Both the position numbers and the translations under genes were made by a program. From Lama glama (Eukaryota): a DNA stretch of 64,000 bases. This document shows, in pieces, positions 1 through 12,600 of this stretch (positions within the stretch are counted from its first letter, which is position 1; every line of letters starts with the position of its first letter). The stretch is taken from the NCBI GenBank assembly GCA_028534125.1, contig CM052843.1:3286001-3350000 (forward strand), written 5' to 3'. The notes beneath the pieces are model-generated. The model was not told the DNA's origin. It made no database searches and saw only the letters and a list, made by a program, of their open reading frames with translations.

Positions 1-62
1 TGTGTGTATGTGTGTATGTGTATGTGATGTGTGTACACATATATGTAGGATATATGTGTTAT
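1..62. repeat. (TG/TA)n degenerate microsatellite
   Basis: tgtgtgtatgtgtgtatg... Confidence 0.85.
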
Positions 63-1568
63 ATGCTGCTTTTTCAGCTTTCTGCCTTTTTAAAGATAAG
101 CTGTTTTTCTGCATTTTTGAGACAACTAAGCCTCAAAAGATTCCACAACTTGTCCAACTCACATAGCTTTAAATGGTAGGGGCAGATGTTATTTCCAGTA
201 GAACACAAGCTAGCAAAATTTGCTTTTAGGAAATGTTATTGAACATTAATATGTATTCCGAAAACTGTGGCAAGATAGGAAATATCAAATATGCACCAGG
301 TATTCTGAATACTTATTAGTTTCCGGTTGACAAGAATTCTTATCGGGTTTCCAAAGGCCTGAACGTTCATTTCATCCCAGGCAACCCTGAAGCTTGCACT
401 TTTTCCATGTTCAGAGCGAAGATAGCAAAGGTTCATGGGGGGAGATCCAGAGGTAGAGAAGGGCTGACTGCCGCCTGGTTTGCATGTGTGGGAGTTTTAA
501 GCACTGGGAACAGCCAGGCACAGCCCCCTGACTGCTTTGGTGACAAAGGCACACAGAGTGGGGGTGAACTGAAGATGCCCTTTTGCAATTCGAACGCTGC
601 CTGGATACAAACTTCGTGCCATTCGAGGAAAACGCATTTAGGAATTAACTTCCAGAATATGGGGCCTGAATGGTGAAAGGTCGACACCATTTAGACAATT
701 AATCTCTTTTCCACTGTGATCCTATCTGTTGCGCTATGAATAAAATGGAAGGAAGCCATTTTCCCCTTTCTTTCCATTTCTGATTTAATGAAATGCTTTC
801 AAACCCTTCCCCATTTCTTCTGTCACAGATTATTAGACTCAGTGTAGCCTGAACAGGTATAACATTAGTTCCATCAGAAATACTGCTGTTAATGACTTTC
901 TTTGCTTGCTCAAGCACAAATTTCTCACACTGATATTTATCAAATGATCAGAGTCTTTTATCTATTTTTTAGGTTTTTTATTCTGAAGAGCTTTGAAAGT
1001 TCATCACACTCAATATTTTAAAAACAGACTGTAAAAAAAATCAGTAAAGTCTTATGCATAGAATATACTTGGTTATAAATCACCTACATATGGAGCATTA
1101 AAAAAATCCAAAACTTGAAAAAAATATGCTAGTCATTTGATGCATAAAATGCTTAGGCCACTAAATTCAACCGCCTCTGGAAAAGACAGTGGGAGATCAG
1201 TATCTATAATTAACTAACCCTTTCCAGAAATGTCTATTAATCTATCCAATAAATACAATGTTGGAAAATCATCTTGCATAACTTGAATATACTTTAACAC
1301 TTTAGATGAATGAATTACCTGACAGATCTAAGAAACAGCTTTTGGTATTTCCATATAGAATATTACCTGTGAATAACATTTTAGATTTAGAATAAAGATA
1401 ACATATAACTAAAGGTTCCAGTGTTTTATTGATTCCATATTATAGAAAACAGGAAATACTTCTAACATACAGATCTGGAAGAATAAAATGATAATTAAAA
1501 AAAAACTTAGTATTCATGTAATGTTAGTGCTGAAAATCAGTATGGTGTCAGGGATCCCATATTCATTC

Positions 1569-2182
1569 TGAGACAGGAAGGGGGCAGAGCACAGCCACTC
1601 AAGGACTGCTACAGCAATTAACATCAAAATGGTGAAAGATTCAACCCCAAGTAGCCCTTGAGGCTCAGGATGATGACAGATTTAACTTCTAGCAGATCTT
1701 GAGCTTCATTATATGCTCGTTTTAATGTATTAACATAGTGAATAACATGCCCACAGGCACCGAGGCAGTCCCAAGGCTGGCCACAACAGGTCAAAGGGTG
1801 GGAAATGGCCAACTTCCTGGGAATCCCAGCCTCTTCCCTAGGCTACTTATTAGCATATAAAGCCACCAAGCCCATAAAAACTGACAACACTAACATGCCT
1901 CGTGCCCCGACGCGCCTCTCTCTCTCTGGAGACGGCCCACGCTCTGTCTATGGAGTGTGTACCTACTTTTAATCTGAGCACCCAACCCCCACACCTCTTG
2001 GCCTTTCTCCTGCCTTTCAGTGTATCTCTCTGAATAAATCTACCTTTACTCAACTGTAGCTCATTCCTGAATTTTTTCCTGCACGAAGCCAAGGACCCAC
2101 ACTTGGCAGGGCACGTCCCAGGGGCTCAACCGAAGCCTGGGACATGGCCCTCCTCATGCCCCACATCTGTTTTCCTTCATCA
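1569..2182 (+). mobile_element. Solo LTR, ERV1-like
   Basis: TG...CA termini, TATAAAA near 1856, AATAAA near 2033 followed by a U5-like segment, GC-richer than flanks; TSD not resolved. Confidence 0.75.
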
Positions 2183-2892
2183 GTTATTTAATAAGGTGAA
2201 GTGAATTACTTCTACGTGCATCCTTTGAATATGAAGACAGGTAGGAAAGCTTTAAGACATTAATTTTCAGCTGGTTGTTAAATGCAGCGAACACACTCAC
2301 CTGAACTCTATGTGCTTCATTGTCTGGAGTCTTCACTGACACACAACTGCCCATCTAAAAGCAGTAAGCAGTGAAAAGGCCCCAGAGAATTCAATGGAAC
2401 ATGCATATTACATGCCATGGTGCACAAAGGTAGCATCAGAAACCAGGAAGGGAATGTAGACAAAGTCTGGTGAAAATTTCATGACTCAAAATGATTTTAA
2501 AAAATGCCCTTCTAACCAATGCAATGTGTAGAGTCTTTATGTTTCTCCTACACTGAAGGTAATTCTGGTTAAAAATGATCCTTCTAAAATCAAATGAAGC
2601 AAATCTACACCTACTAGGCAATCAGTGAATTATTTACTTCTCATGAGTGACTGACAGAAAAACCGAAACATTTTCCAAAATACGTAATAAGTTTTGCTGA
2701 GCATACTCGTAAACACGTGTTCACATATTGCAAAGTTATTTTCTTATAGAAATGAAATTCTTTCTTTTGGTTATCTTATGCTTTACATCATTTCCTCTAA
2801 TTACTTTTATTTCTTAAAACTATTGTGCAATTTCTCTCATCAGGATCTTACAGTTTTCAGAAGACAAGTCTTTTGCCTCCTTAGATAGGTTT

Positions 2893-3016
2893 AAGACATT
2901 AATGAAAGGCATTGAAAATGATGCAAATAGATGGAAAGATTTATCATGTTCTTGGATTAGAAGACTCAATACTGTTAAAATGACCATACTATCCAAGGCA
3001 ACCTACAGATTCACAA
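2893..3016 (+). mobile_element. Isolated internal L1 ORF2 fragment
   Basis: Translates IENDANRWKDLSCSWIRRLNTVKMTILSKATYRF, matching the L1 ORF2 post-RT motif WKxIPCSWxGRxNIVKMxILPKxIYRF. Confidence 0.9.
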
Positions 3017-4914
3017 TCTACCTTGTACTTACATTCCTACCCACCCTTAATAGGTCCTCTATTTTAAATATCTATCATATTAATTTCCTTCAGTGAATTC
3101 CAAATAGACCTTTTAATTGGAAAGTTCAAATTTAAATAATGATGAAGGGGTGCTTAACAATGAGCAATCAAATAACTATGAACTTAATACTCCAGTCATT
3201 GTATTTGTTTCATGGACGATGCTCAGCTTGAAGAATATGTTTTAGAACGTCTCTAGAACGTAAGCTTCCACTGGAGAGTGAAGTGTCTTTAACCCACCAC
3301 CCTCCACTAATGAGGCTTCTTCTTTCTCATTTACTGTCTTTTACTCATGCTTAAAATGGTGCCTGTGCATAAGAATCATCTAATAAGTATTTGTTGGCTG
3401 CCTGAATCAAAATGGCATGAATGGAAAAACACACATCTAAGCTAAACTGCTTCTGCTGCAGAAAACTCAACATCACTAGGACCCTCTTTCCAAGTTTTTA
3501 GCCCTAGGGATTTGAGAGTAATTTATAAGAGGAGAAAGATCTGTTTGCATCTTAGAATCCTGGGAGTGCCGAGTTAATATTTGGGTAGACACCATGAGGA
3601 CTATGGTATGGGTTTTGTCATTCTGGCACAAAATAGGCATTCTGAGCATTCTGAGCAAACCTCATGTGTGGACTCTTATAAGAACACTGTGTTATCAATA
3701 TGGGTCTGTAGAAACTTACTCATCATTAATGGAACATTGGGAGTTACCTCCTAGGCAGTCAGAATATGACAGCTCTGTTCCACATACAGAACTCCTTATA
3801 TGTGTGTTGTATGGGATTGAACACTTGAATGGGAATCCCTGCCCGTAAATGACCCTTGTATTCAGATCAATGTGAGGGACCCAAGTTCCAACGGCAAGGG
3901 TTGGGTGACGGGTGGTGGGGATAGAGTAAGACCCAAAGACTAAACCATCAAAACCTAGAATTTGGCAAGAGTAAATATGCATGACTAAGTAAATAATAAG
4001 ACACATCCTTCTTCCAAAACAGAGTAAGTATGCACCTTCTTATTTCTTGGCCACTTCATTTCTTCTTAGTATCTATCCCCATAGAAATGAAAATAACTTT
4101 TTCCAAATTTAAAATCACTGTAACTTTTCTCAGAGATTTCAAGTGGTTCTATCTACAAACCTCTCTATCTCAGTTCAACAGAGATTATCTCAAAAAAAAA
4201 AAAAGAATCTTGATGTGTGACATAAGATGGCTAATAAAATACACTGAAATTTTAAGACAAAATTACAAGGGAATGTGTAATAACACCAAAATCAAATCAT
4301 TTACATTTTTTTCTTTTCCAAGTTATTAAAATTTCCTACAACTATTACTTCCACTAAACTTTGTCACTTAGGGGGAGAGATTAAGTTTGCCATGCACAGA
4401 TACTCTTAGCAGGGATTTTTATGAACACGATCTGATTTATTCCTCTCAATAACTTGCAAAAACTTCCTTTAACAGATGTGGGAGTAAGTCTCAGAGTGTC
4501 AGTGATTTGCTTAAGGTCCTCCCACTGTTAAAAGGCTTGTCCATCTACAAATGAAACTGAAATAACCCTTCTTTGAACTGAATTTCTAAACTTACATCTG
4601 CACTTCGTAAGGGTAAGTGAAAATGTTTTCTCTATTTGAAAAGGACAAAGAGACCAAATTCCCCAGACCACTTTTCTTACAGAGTGTCTGTGTGGAGGTC
4701 TAGTAAATCTGGGTCCTTCCTCTAACTTTTGATAAAGAAATAAGTCTTATTGGGGATTAATCCCACTCTGTAATGTTTACAGTGTAGAGATATCTCCAGG
4801 ATCAAGAGCCAAATAACCTCAAGATAAGTGATAATGTTGAATTTTACCTGAGCCCTGTGATCCTAAAAAACAGTGAGGCTTAAGCCCCACCCCCCACCTC
4901 CAACTCCACCCTTT

Positions 4915-5466
4915 GTGTTTCGGAAAAATCTTACTGCAAAGAACAATCCTTTGGCTACAACTCTGACAAGACCACTTGATGCTTCCTTGTTCATCTGTGA
5001 CACAGCTAGACACAGACCCTCCAAATTCCTATTCTTGGTCCCATACACAATGAACTGAACTATTTTATCCCTGCTGATGAATGAGAACAAAATACATGTT
5101 AACCATACTTTGGGTCAACTTCTCCCCTTCCAGGACTCTGAACTTTGGCTCACCATCAGCCTGAGCTGATATACCTCATCTCCAAAAGGGTCTCTCCTGG
5201 AAAACAGGCTGGCCCCAAGATAAAACATTACAGATATGATGTACTACTCAATGTGCCACGCCTTCACCCCACTTCCCAACATTCAGGTCCTTCTAGCCTT
5301 TTTAACCCCTCTCTGTACAAAGAAAAACTTTTTTGGCTTAACTCTTGAGACGCTTGCAGATTTTATGGTCAGGACTGTCTACTGCAGTAGTCCCATCCTC
5401 CCTTCCAATAATCCTTTTCAAAGAAAGCATCTCCTTACTAAGTCCATATTTGGTTTTAACTTGACA
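4915..5466 (+). mobile_element. Old ERV1 (MER4-group-like) LTR remnant
   Basis: LTR-like R/U5 end (ttatggtcagg...gcagtagtccc...ctccttactaagtcc...ttgaca); boundaries approximate. Confidence 0.55.
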
Positions 5467-5579
5467 TACGTAAAAGCATAGCTCTGGAATTAGCTTTGAG
5501 ATCCCTTAGAATCTACAAAGGAGACTGTCATGAGGTTCAATGCTTTGTCTCTTGGGGAGATGACTGATGTCCAAAATGT

Positions 5580-6085
5580 GTGAGATTTTGTTCTGATGAG
5601 CAAGACAGCTTGTCTTAACTTTCTTCCTGTCTATTAAGCCCAGGGCCTCCATTTCTGAGAGCATTTACTTTAGAGAACTTGGAGGTATAAATTCTTTCTC
5701 TGCCCCTTTGAGGTGTAAATCTCCCAGCCCAGCCCCCTGCCAGTTGCACAGTTTAGGTATTTCTTTCTCAAGGACCTGGATGCCACCCCTTTGAAATGTA
5801 ACCATCGAGGAAAATAGGGCCCCCTATCGCTCAGTCTCTGCGGAAGGGTCAGGGCCTAACTTAGAGAAGTGACAGTTAGCAAACACAGATGTTCTAATCA
5901 CCTTGACCAACCCCCACCCCCACCCCCAGTGAGTCCCAGCACTTAAACTCTTTGCTGCTTCTGGTTTCAACAGAGTTGAGTTCCAACTCTCTCCTCCACT
6001 GTAACAGTCTCGACCCCTGCTGCCATGGTCTTGAATAAAGTCTTTCTTGCCTGTTTAACCCTATCCAGTGCGATTTTTCTTTACC
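5580..6085 (+). mobile_element. MER31/MER34-like ERV1 solo LTR
   Basis: gagcatttactttag...ctctgcccctttgag...ttgaaatgtaa...agcaaacacagat...gagttgagttc...ttgaataaagt; clearly homologous to 27187-27815. Confidence 0.8.
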
Positions 6086-7164
6086 GTTAACGTTGTGGTC
6101 ACTTTGGTGTGCTCCTCACATGCATGTACATGTGTGCATGTTTGCTCAAGAAATTCCACGTTCTGTTCTATATTGGCAGCCTAGGGTCTTTTTTGTTGGC
6201 AGGGTTGTTTTATTTCTCCGACAATTTTCATAACTAGCCTTTTGAAATCTGACAGCATTAATACTTCAGATTGCTCTATTTCCTCTAGTACATTACAGCG
6301 TTCCTAGAAAAGTAGCTCTGTCCCTCTATTTTTTAAATATATTTAAGGCTTATTTTTGGATGGCCTCTTATTTCTGAAGGACTTCAGAACCTCTCTATTC
6401 TCTTCCTCTTTTGTTTCCTCTCTGTATAGAGACTCTGGGATTGTGAAAAGATTTTATTTTGTTTAGGTGTGCACTCTGGATGTATTATTCTGCCTCTTAA
6501 CATTATTGGAGGCAGTTTGGAAATTGCTTGTCTCCTGAAATAGTTTTCACATCTCAAAATCCCTTGGCTCTAAAGCCCACTTTTAAACACCCAATTGCCC
6601 TCCTGTTGCAGTTAGAATCCCCGCATCTAGCATGTATTTATGGGCAGACTTTAGTTTTAAATTCTCTGAAGTTTTATTCTTCTGAACTTGTGATTTTTGG
6701 TTTTTTTTTTGTGCACTTTTGGGGCTTAAATTGCAGATGAGGCAGCTTATTTTCTGGTTTGTTTTATAATTTGGTCTTCTAACTCTGCTAACTAAATTGA
6801 GGTTACTTAAAATTTGCATTTTTATCCCTCATGGAAGGTAGTAATACAGAATCACCAAAAATCAACACGAGCAAGTCAATACTGCTGTGTTGACTTTGAT
6901 GTACTGGCTTTAAGCCTCCTTCTGTTGTTCCTCCTCAGTGCCTTTAAGATGCAGGCTGCTGCCTGAATGACCTAGTGGATAAGTCGTAATGAAAACTCTT
7001 TGTTCCTCCGCTTAGTATAATAATGCTCTAAATCACAGAGGGCATGCACACACACGTAATATTTAGAACACCATCTGATTACAATACACACTTAAAATGC
7101 ACTTAAAAATGAGAAGAGGGCTCCTAGTTTGAGGTCATCTGAGGACACTTTTCTCTCTTTCTTT

Positions 7165-7420
7165 AACAAACATTCATTAGCATTAACATGTGCTAAGCAC
7201 CACACTAAGGAAAAATACCAAATAAAATAAGCCCTGAGAAATTCACAAGCCAGTGAGCCAGAAAGAAGGGAAATCACACTAATTACAATAGAGCGAGTTA
7301 AGTGCGATGGGACATGTACGGTGTGGCCTAAGAAAGAAGCAAAGTCAATTGTGTCTGGGACAGACTGGGGGCCTTGTTCAGGGATGGATTCATGACATGT
7401 GACACTGGTCTTGAAGAAAC
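7165..7420 (-). mobile_element. L2 3' fragment
   Basis: aacaaacattcattagc...tgtgctaagcac... pattern of a reversed L2 3' end. Confidence 0.6.
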
Positions 7421-7854
7421 AGCACGTGCTGGCCAGTCAGATGAGATAACGAGGGGGGAAGGATTTTCAAGGATGGAGGAAGCGCATGTAGAAGGAGGGT
7501 GAGATAACGGGTCAGTACTGTCAAGTAATCCAGTGTCCCTCTGTTCCACCCACCCCGCCCATCTCCATGTGTCCTCCTGGACGCTGAAGACTGGGCTGTG
7601 CATGAGGGCTCCAAGACCAGAGACCATCCAGCTTGCAAGGGTTTTTAGGCTAGCAGGCGATGGACATTTTCAAAAGGTCGTAGCAGCAATGAAGTGATTG
7701 GCCTAACAGGGTTTATGCGGGTTACAGAGGACACCCCTAATTCTAACTAGGAATATCAGGAAGGTTTCTAGAGGGTTTGGTGTTAGATAGAGCTGAATAT
7801 TGAAATAAAAATGGATGTTCCCCAGGATGAAGAAGAGAATGACATTCCAGGAAA

Positions 7855-8440
7855 GTCAATCCCTGCCCCCAGCTCTCACCCTTCAGGCAAATTTTGTTCA
7901 TTTAAATGCAATCCCACAATATTGTACTCTTTTGTACAAGGCTTCTCTCACTCAGCATAATGTCCCTAAGATTTGTCCACATCGTTGCATGTATCAATAG
8001 TTTGTTCTCTTTCATTACTGAGTACTATCTGTTGTACGAATAGACCACAGTTGGTCTATCCATTTTCCAACTGATGGAGTGTTTCTAGTTTGAGGATACT
8101 ATGAGCGGAACTGCTAAAACTTTCTTGTACAAGTACTTCCTAGACACATACTTTCATTTCTCTTGAATGCTGAAGAGTTGAATTGCTGACGCATTATGTC
8201 TAGTTTTAGAAGAAATTGCCAGACATTTCTAAATGGTTGTAACATTGTATCTGCCTAACCGCCATGCTGGAGAGTTTCAGGGCTCCACATCTTTGCCAAC
8301 ATTTGATCCTATGTGTCATTTTTGGCCATTCTGGGGGATGTTCAGTGTTACTTTATTGTTTTAATTTGTATTTTCCTGAATACTAATGGTTTTAAGTGAG
8401 TTTTCATGCACTTATTTCTTCTTTGGTAAAGTTTCTATTC
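7855..8440 (-). mobile_element. Old L1M 3' region
   Basis: ctcactcagcataatg...gttgcatgtatcaatagtttgttc...ctccacatctttgccaacattt, typical of antisense L1M 3' sequence. Confidence 0.85.
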
Positions 8441-8529
8441 ACCCTTTCTTCTTCATGTACCATGTGCTCTATCTATCAAAGTCTATCTATCTCTTGCTAC
8501 ACACGTAAACATCTTTGGACTTTTGCTTG

Positions 8530-8840
8530 GGCCCCATCCCCAAATATGCTAATTTAATTGTTACAGCTTGAAGCCCCTGTCATTGATATTTATAAAAGAG
8601 CACCTTGGTGATTCTACGTGCACCCAGATTTGAAAACCCTATTGCTGTAGTCCAGAGATTTTCAAACTGTAGGCATCAGAATCACCTGGAAGGCTTGTTA
8701 ATACACAGGTTGCTGAGATTCACCCCCAGATTTTCTGATTCACTGAGTCTGAGTTAGAGCCTGAGAATTTGCATTTCTAACAAGTTTCCACATGATATGA
8801 TGTGGCTGGTCCCGGAACCACCCACAGAGAAGCCCTGCTT
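8530..8840. mobile_element. MER5-type hAT-Charlie elements (fragment plus near-complete MER5A)
   Basis: catcagaatcacctggaaggcttgttaa...gcctgagaatttgcatttctaacaagtt. Confidence 0.85.
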
Positions 8841-9237
8841 TAGCCAAATGCATCAACCAAGTTCTCAACAGACACCAAAGTCTTTCAAGCCTTTGCTCTT
8901 GGTATGTTCTGTTCTCTGCTGGTGATGCCATCTAAGCCTTTGTTTTGCTTGTATTTGCTTTTTCATTCTTTAAGAACCAAAAGGGAAGGTCACAACCTTT
9001 GTGAAGTCTGTTCAGATTCCTTTGCTGTGTCATTTCACTTCCCATCTTCTACTGTCGAGATGCATGTGACACCTGCACTTATCACACTGATTTGTTAATA
9101 CCTGTTTGTTTGTTCCGGCTGCAACACTTCCTTCTTCTGCCCAGTGAGAGAGCTACAGAGTCAGAAGCCACTCTGCCTTGTTCTTTGACTCTTCAGCAAC
9201 TAATAATACCTGGCACACTACTGAGTTTCCACTATTT

Positions 9238-9463
9238 TTAAAAATTTTCTATTCCTTTTCTTGTTTAAATTTTATTATTGTGGTATATAGGCAGTTTACA
9301 ATGTTGTGCCAACTTCTGGTGTACAGCACAGCACTTTCAGTCTTACAGGGACATGCACACACTCTTCTTCACCACAGGTTACTACAAGATGCTGAAAGTA
9401 GTTCCCTGCGCTGTGCACTAGAAACTTGTTTATCTATTTTATGGATATTAGTTAGTATCTGCC
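9238..9463 (-). mobile_element. 5'-truncated young L1 3' tail with 14-bp TSD
   Basis: TSD agtttccactattt at 9224-9237 and 9464-9477; body tttacaatgttgtgccaacttctggtgtacagcac. Confidence 0.9.
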
Positions 9464-9488
9464 AGTTTCCACTATTTCATTTAAAAAT

Positions 9489-9989
9489 TGTGAATGAAAA
9501 ATACCACAAGCCGTATTAGTAAACAAAGAACGCTGAAGCCATCGAGTCATCAGCGGCTGCCGCCACCCCCCAGTGAAGACAAGCCTGCAGCCCGGCCTCT
9601 GTAGCCACTCACAGTGGTGCCCCCTGAGGGGACTCAGAACAAGAAAGGACAGGACACTGGCCCTGGACTGCTAGGTGCTTGTCAAAGGAATGAATTCAAT
9701 GAGCCCAAATGTCTGCTCCCTCCCATACACAGAAAAGCACTAAGTTCTTTAACTTGAGATGCCTGGTTTTCTTCAGTTAACAAGTGATCTTTTAATGTTC
9801 CAACAACTACCCGGTCTTTGTTGTAAAGCTCCTGTACATCCTAGCTCCGCCCTTACCTCCTCGGAGCAGCCCCTCAGGGAGATCCGAGAGGCTGTCATTC
9901 CAGGCTTGAAGGGGTTCGAGTCCTCAGAAATGTCCGCCAAATAAAACATGACTCTCATCTTTTAGGCTGTGCATTTATTTCAGTTGACA
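9489..9989 (+). mobile_element. ERV1 solo LTR with 4-bp TSD
   Basis: Begins TGTG, ends TGACA, flanked by AAAT at 9485-9488 and 9990-9993; AATAAA near 9939. Confidence 0.85.
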
Positions 9990-10499
9990 AAATTTATTGG
10001 TGTTTTACTGAATAGGTGGCTGGATGACCATAGAAAATGTGATATATCAGGCTTCTCACATGCTCAGGTTCTTTAAAACCACAATTGACCATCTGCTATT
10101 AAATTGGTGGCCAGATCACTGAGCCAGAGAACAAATCTATATCAAAAATGAAAATAAAAGCCATATATCACCACGGGCTACAGTCACTGTTATCTTTTCA
10201 AAAAAAAAATCATAAAAGGACTTGTAAAGGGATTCTTTTGAATTGAATAAGGCAGCAAGTATAAAAATCAAAGGAAAATTTAACAAGATGAAAGCAAAGT
10301 ATGATTCTTCCCAGAATATTACATTTGTTTCCTGAAGGCTTTCTTATCGGATAAGAAGTGATTTTAAACAAATTTGAATCTCTAAAGACTTTAAAGACAC
10401 AAAGTTCCATATGAAAATTGTGTTGCTATAAATGCTGCAATGTTTTATTGAAAGCTTCACCTGCAAAATGAAATAATGATAATGCCAATAATGATAACT

Positions 10500-10660
10500 A
10501 AAGCTGCAATTTACTTCTTCAGTTGCGTCGAGACTTTGTTAAGTGCGATTCAGGAATTATCTCATTCAGCCCTTACCAGAGGCCTATTAGTGGGGTATTA
10601 TTATTCCATTTTCATAGATAACAATACAGAGGCTGAAAGGAAGTAACGTGCGAAAGGTCA
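10500..10660 (-). mobile_element. MIR
   Basis: atctcattcagccctta...tattattattccattttcatagat...gaggctg core. Confidence 0.75.
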
Positions 10661-10682
10661 GTATTCCAATCTATTTCCATGG

Positions 10683-11039
10683 AGTGCTGCCAGGTAAATT
10701 ACAGGCAGCTCAGCTGAATCTGAATTCTAGGTAAGTCACAAATCATTTTTTAAACCTTGATTTATTTTTTATTTATTCTTTAATTTTGTTGAGGGGGAGA
10801 TCATTAGGTTTATTTACTTTAGTGAAGGCATTGGGGATCGAACCCAGGAACTTGTGCATGCTAAGCACACGCTCTACCACTGAGCTACACCCTCCTCTAT
10901 TTTTTTTTTTTTGTTGTTTGTTATAAGTGTGTCCCATGTAATATTTAGGACACAATTATATTTGAAAATTATTCATTGTTTATCTGAAATCCAAATTTAA
11001 CTGGTATTCTGTATTTTTATTTGCTAAATCTGGAAACTA
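10683..11039. mobile_element. MER53 palindromic hAT MITE split by a SINE
   Basis: Left arm tgccaggtaaattacagg...gaatctgaattc; right arm tgtttatctgaaatccaaatttaactgg...ctgtatttttatttgctaaatctgg. Confidence 0.8.
10748..10896 (-). mobile_element. Camelid tRNA-Ala-derived SINE (Vic-1-like)
   Basis: Minus strand gggtgtagctcagtggtagagcgtgtgcttagcatgcacaagttcctgggttcgatcccc (A and B boxes) followed by aataaacctaat and an A-rich tail. Confidence 0.9.
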
Positions 11040-11239
11040 CTTCTATGTCACCCCAGAAAAATTTGCATCAGACCACTCGGTTGGCTGCATTGCATCCTAA
11101 TTCTCTCTTAGGTACAGGCAATGCCCAATTTATTTACATGCAATTTATGGGATAAACTTCAAACATTTAGCACAGAATCATAGCCCTTTATGATTTGGGC
11201 TCCAGTTTCCTGTTTTCCAAATTCCAAGGTGCTTCAAAT

Positions 11240-11545
11240 ACCAAGGTGTGAGGCAGGAGCTGAACGGTGTGTGTCTGGAGGCCAGTTTAGCTGCTGTGGG
11301 CTGAGTGGGAGAGAACTTGGAGCCAGGTCAGAGAGGGCACAGGGAGCAGATAGCACAGGGCTTTGCAGATCACTGTAAGGACATATGTTTCTGTGAAGTG
11401 GGCACCTAATGGAGAGTTTAAAACAGAATGACATGGCCTGGCTTAAGCTTTAACAGGACCAAACTGGCTGCTGCTCGGAGAGCAATGTGAAATAAACAAA
11501 GGCAGAAGCAGGGAGATGTTGCAAATATTCAGGCACCAGCTCAAG
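11240..11545 (-). mobile_element. L2 fragment
   Basis: ggccagtttagctg...gtcagagag...gcagatagcacagggctttgcag...ggagagtttaaaacagaatgacatg. Confidence 0.75.
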
Positions 11546-12037
11546 TGGTTGCTTTTCTCGAGCTGTTGGGCTTCAGGGATTTTGTGCCTTCAGGCTTCAT
11601 GATGCTCTGGGTAACAACTTCCAACGTGGAGCCAGAGAGAGGGGCATCATTCTCCCAGCTTTACTGTAGAACCTGGTGTGGTTTCACACGGAGACCTGAA
11701 GGGGTTACATTCCAGAAGCACCTTGTGGGTGTTGCATCTTTGGGTGCAGAAAAGACAGCCTTATTGGCAGAGAGCAGTGTTCTATCACAAGAAGCAGCAG
11801 CAAAGACTCTCAGGGGAGAGCAGCTCGGGGTGGGGGGAGAGGCAGCAGGAGCATGTAATCAGACATGATCCACTTCCTGGGACCTCCCGCCCCCAAACAA
11901 CTGGCAGAGACGGGGTGGGGGTGGCAGAGTGGTGGGCTTTTATTATTAATTTAATTCTGACCTAATTTATACCATACCTAGATAGGCGTGGAAACATTAG
12001 TGTTAAATAATTAAATGAATGAATTTAAAGAGGACAA

Positions 12038-12318
12038 TAGAAAATGAACTATGGTTACCAAAGGGGAAAGGGCGAAAGAAGGTAAATGAGGAGTTTAGGA
12101 TTAACAGATACACATCACTATATATGAAATAAACAAGAACCAAATGTATAGCACGGGAACTAGATTCATTTTCTTGTAATAACATATAATAGAAAAGAAT
12201 CTGAAAAAAATATACATATATATGTATGTATATAGATAACTGAATTACTTTGCTGGACAGCTGAAATTAACATTGTAAATCAACTACACGTCAATAAAAA
12301 ATAAAATTAAAAAAAAAT
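12038..12318 (+). mobile_element. Cetartiodactyl-type L1 3' end with A-rich tail
   Basis: tatggttaccaaaggggaaagg...gtatagcacgggaact...aacattgtaaatcaactac...aataaaaa; imperfect TSD aaagagg(ac/ga)aat. Confidence 0.9.
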
Positions 12319-12384
12319 AAAGAGGGAAATAAAATAGAACATATGGAAGAGAACACTAATGCCCTACAACAAAACCACAACTAC

Positions 12385-12600
12385 TTAGCAGATTTTTAAC
12401 TGGATGTCTACTCTGTGTTAGGCATGTGCTTTTTAGACGTTACTTCAGTTACGCCTCACAACAGTCCCAGGTCAAGCATATATTATTATTATGAACCCCT
12501 GTTACAGATGAAGGACATAGAAAACTAGCTTGTGCAAAGTTAAGGAGATTTGAATGGCTTCTGTTAGACTGTAGATAGATCTCATGTTTTTAACAACTAG
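12385..12600 (-). mobile_element. MIR
   Basis: ctactctgtgttaggc...cctcacaacagtcc...ttacagatgaagg. Confidence 0.65.

Noticed and set aside
3701-3718. ag|TTTCTACAG resembling the RALYL terminal exon start
   Set aside because: Continues as FLQTH rather than FLQIK*, and has no polypyrimidine tract.
10815-10896. tRNA-Ala(AGC)-like sequence (also at 24850-24923)
   Set aside because: Followed by a SINE body and A-tail, with a TSD on the second copy; these are SINE heads, not tRNA genes.
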